Assembly: GCA_950097015.1 (NCBI GenBank)
Contig: CATNEN010000038.1
Coordinates: 1,860,001-1,924,000, forward strand
Reading direction: 5' to 3'
Length of the DNA: 64,000 bases
Source: Macrostomum hystrix
Taxonomy: Eukaryota > Animalia > Platyhelminthes
Below, piece after piece: positions 54,999 to 64,000 of this stretch. Below the pieces are notes generated by a model that worked only from the letters and a program-made list of their open reading frames with translations, was not told the DNA's origin and searched no databases. Position numbers and translations under genes: made by a program. How positions within the stretch are numbered: the stretch's first letter is position 1; each line of letters starts with the position of its first letter.

Positions 54999-55960
54999 GC
55001 GATTATGCTCAGGGATCATGCTCAACGATTATGCTAAGGGATCATGCTCAACGATTATGCTCAGGGATCATGTTCAACGATTATGCTAAGGGATCATGCT
55101 CAACGATTATGCTCAGGGATCATGTTCAACGATTATGCTAAGGGATCATGCTCAACGATTATGCTCAGGGATCATGTTCAACGATTATGCTAAGGGATCA
55201 TGCTCAACGATTATGCTCAGGGATCATGTTCAACGATTATGCTCAGGGATCATGCTCAACGATTATGCTCAGGGATCATGCTCAACGATTATGCTAAGGG
55301 ATCATGCTCAGCGATTATGCTCAGGGATCATGCTCAACGATTATGCTCAGGGATCATGCTCAACGATTATGCTAAGGGATCATGTTCAACGATTATGCTC
55401 AGGGATCATGCTCAACGATTATGCTCAGGGATCATGCTCAACGATTATGCTCAGGGATCATGTTCAACGATTATGCTAAGGGATCATGTTCAACGATTAT
55501 GCTAAGGGATCATGCTCAACGATTATGCTCAGGGATCATGCTCAACGATTATGCTAAGGGATCATGTTCAACGATTATGCTAAGGGATCATGCTCAACGA
55601 TTATGCTCAGGGATCATGTTCAACGATTATGCTAAGGGATCATGCTCAACGATTATGCTCAGGGATCATGCTCAACGATTATGCTCAGGGATCATGTTCA
55701 ACGATTATGCTAAGGGATCATGCTCAACGATTATGCTCAGGGATCATGCTCAACGATTATGCTCAGGGATCATGTTCAACGATTATGCTAAGGGATCATG
55801 CTCAACGATTATGCTCAGGGATCATGTTCAACGATCACGCTCAATGATCATGCTCAACGATCATCCTTAACGATCATGTTCAACGATCATGCTCAACGAT
55901 CATTTTCGACGGTCATGCTTAACGATCATGCTCAGAGATCATTCTCAACGATCATGCTCA
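54999..55960. repeat. 26-bp minisatellite (gggatcatgctcaacgattatgctca), a dimer of 13-bp subunits, ~32 copies plus a degenerate 13-mer tail
   Basis: Direct tandem copies; partial precursor-like copies at 54885-54924. Confidence 0.97.
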
Positions 55961-58571
55961 GGGTTGGCGCATTGAACAGTATTGTCTTCACGCTGACTCA
56001 TACGTAATCGGGGAGGGGGCAAATGATATGCTTCTATAAGGCGCACAGGTTGTTCGGTAGTAATTAGACACTTATCCATCGAACAAGGGGATTATTTGCA
56101 ACAATCTGCTGCTAGCCTGACAGCTTATGAACTTTTAGGATCACTAGAAAGAGCACACAGAGCTGCAGCTGCAGCTGATCACGGGCTCCTAGGAAAATCC
56201 CGCCTTGAAAAAGTAAACACCGAGTGCGCATGCCGACCTGTTTGGGGGAAGGCCTCGCGCCGAGGGATTGAAGGCCGGCCTCTGTAACAGGATCCGCTGG
56301 TGGGATCTGCTAAGTGCTCAATCGTGGAGATGGCGCTGGGGTAGCGTTTTATTTCGACACACGAAAAAATTCCTGAGCTGATGGAACGATTGAGATGGAA
56401 GAATCGGAATGGCTGTAAAACTGTTTGGAAAGTGCTCTGAAATGAACGATACTTGATTCACCTCAGCCTACACTGCTTTTCCATTAGGCCGAGGATTCTT
56501 CCCCTCCTTCCTTCCGACCTGGAGCTGAAATGGGCTCGAGCATGGACAGACGGATACAAATCAGCGCTTATCCCAAATCCTATTCTGGTTTCTTTCCCAC
56601 AATGCCCCATCGCGGTTGACTCAAACATAGAAGGGCAGTTTGAGTTGAGTGAAAAAAAAATCCGCCACCGTAGATCCCACGCAGATCAATTTGATGGGAT
56701 CGACAGCTCAGTCAAGCGGCTGATTCCCAATATGGTCATCCCGGGGATAATGAGGGGATCAGAGATGAGCGCACAGAGATACGGCGGGATCCGCTTTCAT
56801 CGTTTCTACAGCGGCAGAGATGGTTAAAGTGCGGCTGGCAGTGAGCCGCGGTGAATTCGGGTAAAGGGGAGAACTTTTAGTCACTCAAGCATCCCCACCG
56901 GCTTTGGCTCTCGAGTCCGCGGCCATAGACGTTGGTCTTTGAATAGAAAAAAATCGTTGGGACTTGTACGAGTGATTATTAAAAAGTTCACGGTTAGTTT
57001 CATGCCATCGAATGTGTAAGAATGTGCTTCTCCTATTCCAGTGTATTGGTTTAAATCTAAGCAACTTACGAGTACATGCGAATAATATAAGCAAACTAGT
57101 CGGGACGTACATTGGGGCAGAGAGTGAAAGGAGAAGGGAGGAGGGGGCCAGCCAATAAGCAAGAGAGAGGGGAGAGAGACGGGTTACTTAATATGAGCAA
57201 TTCAAGTTATAGTCAAGTGCACACAAAACTAAGTACAGTGCTCACTGCCCCGGCACCACAGTAACAATTTTTTTTTATTTCCCCCTTGTAGAACTATAAC
57301 CGACTATAGCCGATCAAGGAGTCCTAAATATAGCATCTCATATGAAGTGTTATTACTTCACCTTTCTCTCGTGTTTGTTTACGCTCGCACGTTCCCTTAT
57401 TGTACTTTCTCCTCTGTCCCTCTATCAGTTCAACTTCATAGCTAAACTTCAATTCTTTCCTCTCCCTCATCTCTGATTGGCTAGGTGGTCGTATCTCCTT
57501 TTCAGCTCTTACCCTCTGGTCCGTCCTTACTCGCGTTACCCTTCTGCCCCCTCCTTATCTCTTAAGGCTTCGACTTGCCGCTTTTCGATTCGTTCAGTGC
57601 CGTAAAGACTGGCTCTTGCTGTGAAGACTCAATTTATTGCATGAAGTCATTACATGGCGCCCAATGTGGTCACTACATGAAGTGATCTGTTTTAGAATTC
57701 AGTGTTTTTTTAGTAGAAATCTTCAGAGAAGAAAATGAAAAATGCCTCATTTTCTTAATCGGAACAGCGTGACTTGGTTGACCTCAATTTGCATTTCAAA
57801 TATAAACAGCAAACCCAAAGAGTGTTACGTAACAAAGCACAGCCTTGCCTCAGTGGCCAGAAACACTGACTGGCTGAGAAGACTGCACTGATCATTTCAA
57901 TTTTGCGCAAACCACCTAATTGCGAGTATAACAAAATCCGGTGCAGAATCTAATCCGACAAATTCGGCTTGTCAACGCCGAGAACTGGGGAGGACCCGGG
58001 AGAGCAAAGTTCAGTGGGCCTGTTTGCTCACGAACGCATGCAGCCAGCCCGAGCAAATTGTGTTTGAGCATTCCTACTTTCGCTTTTGCATGAGTTGAGA
58101 CGATCACGAAGTGTGGGATATTGACATTGGCTTCCTTCCAGCTGCTCAGTTGGAGCATGCCGCTGAGGCGAGCCTAAATAAGGCTGTAAGAGATGTCTGA
58201 GATGTGCTCGTAATAAATATTTGTTGAACATAAATAAAACTAATTTCTCGTATAAATGTATTTTTTACGGGCAGATAATCGCCCGTAAAAGACCTCGACC
58301 AATCGTAATTGCTTACTGAGGCAAATGTCTATGGCACAATATCAGTAACACCCATGCTCTGCGGGCGTATATCGCAAAATTTATAAGTCGTCTTATAGTC
58401 TATGGCCATAAGCGGGCACAATTTTTTGTCAGCTGGGCAAAAAGGTTTTGGCTCGATTCGAGTATAAGTTCAAGCTGCTACTTCAGACAAACAAAGCAAA
58501 TATCCGTAACATTTTTATTTACTAGCAAGTCAACTAAAACGCAAGCTTGATTGAACACTTCAGTGCAGGAA

Positions 58572-58623
58572 ATGCGATTCCTCATTAACTACCATTTCCG
58601 GACGCCGAGTTTTGAGGTCGAGA
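58572..58623 (+). CDS. Exon 1 of a small ubiquitin-like-fold protein: MRFLINYHFRTPSFEVE(K)
   Basis: ATG at 58572, consensus donor A|GTAAGT at 58624 (phase 1), matching the phase of the downstream exon. An acceptor-like ttcagtgcag lies 3 nt before the ATG. Confidence 0.75.
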
Positions 58624-58832
58624 GTAAGTGGCCTCTCGTTGTTTCGATTCTTTAAAAAATGTAGGAAATTTTTCTTCGGCTTAAAACAGCTTGAAGTTCA
58701 AGCTTGTCTCGATGATAGAAACCAAACGAAGTGGAATCAATGGGAGTTAGGCCCGCATGAACTGCGGGTTCCCGCATGAATGAAATTCAAGCGAAACTAA
58801 ATCGAAGGCTTTCTGCTCACAATCCGATCTAG

Positions 58833-59092
58833 AGAAGAACGTCTACCTGACCCTGGACCCCAGCTGCAGCACGTTGGACCTGCTGAAGAAGATCGAGAAG
58901 GCGACGCCCTTCGGTCGAACCCCCGGCCACTACTGCATTGGAGCACTGTTCTACCGCGGCGAGGCCGTCAACTCCATGGTGGACCTGCCGGCCAGCCGAG
59001 TTTTCCCAGCTGACGAACTCACCGTGCTCACCTATGAGATTAACACTGTGGCGCTGGTCAGGCGGAACTTTCTTAGAAACACAAGCATGTAA
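58833..59092 (+). CDS. Exon 2 of the ubiquitin-like-fold protein: [45 protein letters not shown]...RRNFLRNTSM*
   Basis: GC3-rich coding-like island in AT-rich surroundings. Acceptor gatctag ends at 58832. The spliced CDS is 312 nt (103 aa). AATAAA motifs occur at ~59372 and ~59402. Confidence 0.8.
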
Positions 59093-59148
59093 TGTTTGAG
59101 TACACTTGAGAATATTAGTGAGAAGGGAATAGAGAAGGAATCTTTTAT

Positions 59149-59213
59149 GCCGATGATTAGAGCTTCGGAATTCGGAACGAAAGGTCCGGAGTTCGAATCT
59201 CCTGAGTCCTGAG
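59149..59213 (+). pseudogene. tRNA-like fragment (Arg-TCG-like loop), probably a SINE head
   Basis: gattagagcttcggaattcggaacgaaaggtccggagttcgaatctcc has an intact T-arm GGAG-TTCGAAT-CTCC and variable loop AGGTC, but no acceptor stem. Confidence 0.5.
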
Positions 59214-59956
59214 AAATATGAAACATTTTTGTCTATGGCCAAATCATATTATTCGGGTAACGCGATTTTGCTCTAAACAAGGAAAACAAAAATGGGCGAG
59301 ACAGGAGTGCACTGTGATTTCCAGTCTATAAGCCTCTGAAAAATGAATTTAAAAAATGTCATAAAATCGAAAATAAAAAATTGCCACGCGCCACATGCTC
59401 AAATAAATAAGCACTCTCTCATAGAACTCAGTTAACGCATTTTTTAAGAAAGGCTCATTTTGTTCATCTGCTCAATTGCATTTCCAAGAAAAATATCCGT
59501 GAGCGATATTTTTAGGCCTTTGAATTCTTTGAGGGCAGAAACACTGGAGCAGTAGAAGGGCAGACAAAAATTAGATTATATAATGGCTTCAGGAATAAAA
59601 TTGTTAGCTATTTATATCAGAAATATGGAGCCTAGCACAGACACTTAATCGATTCAATAGCTTCTATTGTTCTTCCAAGCGAAATTTTTTTCGTTTTTAT
59701 TACGAGCGCATGAAATAACTGGGAAAATCTTTTTTATAAGCGATAAACACTGAATAAAATTTGAAAATTTGAAATATAATCAGAAATGTAACTGTGGGCC
59801 GTCCTGAGCAACTATCGCCTAGAGACCTAGGCTGTGTCTTCTTGCAATAAACAAAATATAATGGCTATACTGAAGTACTAATATTTCTCTTCTCTCTTGT
59901 TAAATTTCCTATTGAAAATTTGTGCAGTGCATCTAACTCGAAGGCTCCACAATTTC

Positions 59957-62583
59957 GGGCTCTGCCCTCAACCCCAGTGGGGCTCTGCACTCACAACCCC
60001 CAGTGGGGCTCTGCCCTCACAACCTCCAGTGGGGCTCTGCCCTCAACCCCCTAGTAGGGGTTCTGCCCTGATAACCCCAGTGGGGCTCTGCCCTCAGCCC
60101 CCTAGTGTGGGCTCTGCCCTCAACGCCCTAGTGGGGGCTCTGCCCTCAGCCCCCTAGTGTGGGCTCTGCCCTCAACCCCCTAGTGGGGGCTCTGCCCTCA
60201 GCCCCCTAGTGTGGGCTCTGCCCTCAACCCCCTAGTGGGGGCTCTGCCCTGACAACCCCAGTGGGGCTCTGCCCTCACAACCCCCAGTGGGGCTCTGCCC
60301 TCAACCCCCTAGTGGGGGCTCTGCCCTCAGCCCCCTAGTGTGGGCTCTGCCCTCAACCCCCTAGTGGGGGCTCTGCCCTGACAACCCCAGTGGGGCTCTG
60401 CCCTCACAACCCCCAGTGGGGCTCTGCCCTCAACCCCCTAGTAGGGGTTCTGCCCTGATAACCCCAGTGGGGCTCTGCCCTCAACCCCCTAGTAGGTCTC
60501 TGCCCTCAACCCCCTAGTGGGGGCTCTGCCCTCAGCCCCTAGTGTGGGCTCTGCCCTCAACCCCCTAGTAGGTCTCTGCCCTCAACCCCCTAGCGGGGGC
60601 TCTGCCCTCAGCCCCCTAGTGTGGGCTCTGCCCTCAACCCCCTAGTGGGGGCTCTGCCCTGACAACCCCAGTGGGGCTCTGCCCTCACAACCCCCAGTGG
60701 GGCTCTGCCCTCAACCCCCTAGTAGGGGTTCCGCCCTGATAACCCCAGTGGGGCTCTGCCCTCAACCCCCTAGTAGGTCTCTGCCCTCAACCCCCTAGTG
60801 GGGGCTCTGCCCTCAGCCCCCTAGTGTGGGCTCTGCCCTCAACCCCCTAGTAGGTCTTTGCCCTCAACCCCCTAGTGGGGGCTCTGCCCTCAGCCCCCTA
60901 GTGTGGGCTCTGCCCTCAACCCCCTAGTGGGGGCTCTGCCCTCAGCCCCCTAGTGTGGGCTCTGCCCTCAACCCCCTAGTGGGGGCTCTGCCCTGACAAC
61001 CCCAGTGGGGCTCTGCCCTCACAACCCCCAGTGGGGCTCTGCCCTCAACCCCCTAGTAGGGGTTCTGCCCTGACAACCCCAGTGGGGCTCTGCCCTCAAC
61101 CCCCTAGTGGGGGCTCTGCCCTGACAACCCCAGTGGGGCTCTGCCTTCAAAACCCCCAGTGGGGCTCTGCCCTCAACCCCCTAGTAGGGGTTCTGCCCTG
61201 ATAACCCCAGTGGGGCTCTGCCCTCAACCCCCTAGTAGGTCTCTGCCCTCAACCCCCTAGTGGGGGCTCTGCCCTCAACCCCCTAGTGTGGGCTCTGCCC
61301 TCAACCCCCTAGTAGGTCTCTGCCCTCAACCCCCTAGTGGGGGCTCTGCCCTCAGCCCCCTAGTGTGGGCTCTGCCCTCAACCCCCTAGTGGGGGCTCTG
61401 CCCTCAACCCCCTAGTAGGTCTCTGCCCTCAACCCCCTAGTGGGGGCTCTGCCCTGACAACCCCAGTGGGGCTCTGCCCTCACAACCCCCAGTGGGGCTC
61501 TGCCCTCAACCCCCTTGTAGGGGTTCTGCCCTGACAACCCCATTGGGGCTGTGCCCTCAACCCCCTAGTGGGGGCTCTGCCCTGACAACCCCAGTGGGGC
61601 TCTGCCCTCACAACCCCCAGTGGGGCTCTGCCCTCAACCCCCTAGTAGGGGTTCTGCCCTCAACCCCCTAGTGGGGGCTCTGCCCTCAGCCCCCTAGTGT
61701 GGGCTCTGCCCTCAACCCCCTAGTGGGGGCTCTGCCCTGACAACCCCAGTGGGGCTCTGCCCTCAACCCCCTAGTGGGGCTCTGCCCTAGTGGGGCTCTG
61801 CCCTCACAACCCCCAGTGGGGCTCTGCCCTCAACCCCCTAGTGGGGGCTCTGCCCTGACAACCCCAGTGGGGCTCTGCCCTCAACCCCCTAGTAGGGGTT
61901 CCGCCCTGACAACCCCAGTGGGGCTCTGCCCTCAACCCCCTAGTAGGTCTCTGCCCTCAACCCCCTAGTGGGGGCTCTGCCCTCAACCCCCCTAGTGGGG
62001 GCTCTGCCCTCAACCCCCTAGTAGGGGTTCTGCCCTCAACCCCCTAGTGGGGGCTCTGCCCTGACAACCCCAGTGGGGCTCTGCCCTCACAACCCCCAGT
62101 GGGGCTCTGCCCTCAACCCCCTAGTAGGGGTTCTGCCCTGACAACCCCAGTGGGGCTGTGCCCTCAACCCCCTAGTATGGGTTCCGCCCTGACAACCCCA
62201 GTGGGGCTCTGCCCTCAACCCCCTAGTAGGTCTCTGCCCTCAACCCCCTAGTGGGGGCTCTGCCCTCAACCCCCCTAGTGGGGGCTCTGCCCTCAACCCC
62301 CTAGTAGGGGTTCTGCCCTCAACCCCCTAGTGGGGGCTCTGCCCTGACAACCCCAGTGGGGCTCTGCCCTCACAACCCCCAGTGGGGCTCTGCCCTCAAC
62401 CCCCTAGTAGGGGTTCTGCCCTGACAACCCCAGTGGGGCTGTGCCCTCAACCCCCTAGTGGGGGCTCTGCCCTGACAACCCCAGTGGGGCTCTGCACTCA
62501 CAACCCCCAGTGGGGCTCTGCACTCACAACCCCTAGTGGGGCTTTGCACTCACAACCCCCAGTGGGGCTCTGCACTCACAACC
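59957..62583. repeat. GC-rich 24-26-bp minisatellite (ctctgccctcaaccccctagtggggg and variants), ~100 copies
   Basis: Direct tandem copies with recurring variant orders and an internal quasi-palindrome ccccctagtggggg. Confidence 0.97.
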
Positions 62584-63387
62584 TCACTCTATCTCTAAAT
62601 TGTTGCACCAAATGCGGCCGAAGAGGATGCTTAATAAATAAGTGAATCTGATTTCGTTTACAATAGTTCGATTAATCATCTATGACTGCTGATATGGTGG
62701 GCAAATTTTTTATTACCAATAAAACTAACACGCAAATTTTCGCCCTGGGCAAAGACCACTAGGGGTATTTCAAATACCAACTCCCTACTTCCCGATAGCT
62801 CCCAAACTGAATGAGAGTTTTTCGTGAAAATCCGAATGTTTTGTGATTCTTGAAGTTGTTTCATCGAAGAAAATAGAAAAATGTGGGTGTTTGAAAATAC
62901 TCAGGTGGTGTTTCTACTGCTTAGTAGGCTTGCTAAAGCCAAGAATAATTCTCGCGCAAGGAAGGCGATATGTAATTAAGATACAAGCAAAGGCAGCTGA
63001 TGCTTAATATTCAGTAGCAAGCGAACTTATAAATAGGATAACTGATTAAGTGTCACTGAGCACTGGGCAAGGTGACGGAGTGAGAGGCTAATTAGGACGA
63101 GCTGTCTCAAATTTGACGGATGCGAGCGGGTCCTGTGAGATGCAAGCTCGACCTCTTTGAGCAGATTTTAATTAAGCCAGCAGTTTTTTAAACTGTTTTA
63201 CTTGCTTGTCGAACTAAAACTAAATAGAGGCATCCGTGAGGCTTTTAAGTACGAGTACAAGTCAAAAAGCCACAAGCCAAAAGGAAAAAAATAATTAAGA
63301 AAAAACGGAAAGCAACTTAAGTTGATTAAATGCAACCAATAAAGTTAGATTTGCAGAATGACAATTTTCATTTGCCAGCATAAAACG

Positions 63388-63393
63388 TTTATT
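63388..63393 (-). terminator. Putative polyadenylation signal of the DMAC2-like gene
   Basis: tttatt on + equals AATAAA on -, ~54 nt after the stop codon at 63447. Confidence 0.55.
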
Positions 63394-63446
63394 TAGAAAT
63401 TTGCAACAGTTAACAAAAATTCAGTCAGGTAAAAATGTTAGTCAGC

Positions 63447-63698
63447 TCATTCAGCATAGGCACACTCCGGATCACCCGGCGTTGGCCTCTGAACTGACAA
63501 GGCGGCCAAATCTTCCACACCTTCGACAAACAGGCCGGGGACAAGAGCCTCCAGCTGGGCTGGCACAATTGCCATGGCTGCTGGCTGGCTGAGCAGGTGA
63601 ATGTTCTCACTCAGCACAAGTCGGCGCAATTTAGTCAGCCGCCAAAGACTGGCTATACCCTCCCAGCTGACACCCGGACAGGCCGACACTTCCAACAC
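63447..63698 (-). CDS. Terminal exon of a DMAC2/ATP5SL-like (ATP synthase subunit s-like, LRR) protein; the rest of the gene lies beyond the window
   Basis: VLEVSACPGVSWEGIASLWRLTKLRRLVLSEN...LEALVPGLFVEGV resembles the DMAC2/ATP5S C-terminal LRR pattern (L.L..CP.IS..GLA.L..L..LRRL.IS...EE.LP...V.GV), recalled from memory. Acceptor catcgcag| immediately precedes 63698 (phase 0). Confidence 0.7.
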   Translation of the reverse strand: MLEVSACPGVSWEGIASLWRLTKLRRLVLSENIHLLSQPAAMAIVPAQLEALVPGLFVEGVEDLAALSVQRPTPGDPECAYAE

Positions 63699-63715
63699 CT
63701 GCGATGATAGGGCAG

Positions 63716-64000
63716 AAGATTAACATGAGGATCTGAGAGGATTAACCTGGGGATCTGAGAGGATTAACCTGAGGATCTGAGAGGATTAACCTGAGGATCT
63801 GGGAAGATTAATCTGAGGATCTGGGAGGATTAACCTGAGAATCTGGGAGGATTAACCTGAGGATCTGGGAAGATTTACCTGAGGATCTGGGAGGATTAAC
63901 CTGAGAATCTGGGAGGATTAACCTGAGGATCTGGGAAGATTTACCTGAGGATCTGGGAGGATTAACCTGAGAATCTGGGAGGATTAACCTTAGGATCTGG
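63716..64000. repeat. 22-bp intronic minisatellite (gattaacctgaggatctgggag), >=13 copies, runs off the window
   Basis: Direct tandem copies starting ~15 nt from the splice acceptor. Confidence 0.95.

Noticed and set aside
55096-56007. Repetitive ORFs MLNDYAQGSCSTIMLRDHAQRLCSGI
   Set aside because: The 26-bp unit is not a multiple of 3, and stops appear at variant positions; this is a non-coding satellite.

Overview
Eukaryotic (metazoan-type) genomic DNA with spliceosomal introns and many minisatellites. The style resembles repeat-rich invertebrate genomes such as the flatworm Macrostomum, but that is only an impression. The first ~40.8 kb is the 3' part of a giant membrane-tethered mucin-like gene on the + strand. 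A single exon of >=39.8 kb, open at the left edge, carries ~410 tandem 96/99-bp units encoding a Thr/Ser/Glu-rich 32/33-aa repeat. By my manual splicing it joins a short transmembrane exon (39855-39939) and a cytoplasmic-tail exon (40627-40819) ending in a class I PDZ-binding motif (-SHV), giving >=13,353 aa in the window. The array contains nested higher-order duplications, the largest with a 7,185-bp period. Convergent with it is a 3-exon minus-strand gene for a low-complexity SH3 protein (41.5-43.6 kb) with RVxF motifs and a -TLV C-terminus. The remaining 20 kb holds at least eight unrelated tandem arrays, degraded tRNA-derived/CORE-SINE-like relics, a small 2-exon ubiquitin-like-fold gene lacking a di-Gly end (58572-59092), and the last exon of a DMAC2/ATP5SL-like LRR gene (minus strand, 63447-63698). 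All gene models were read by eye; no searches were run.
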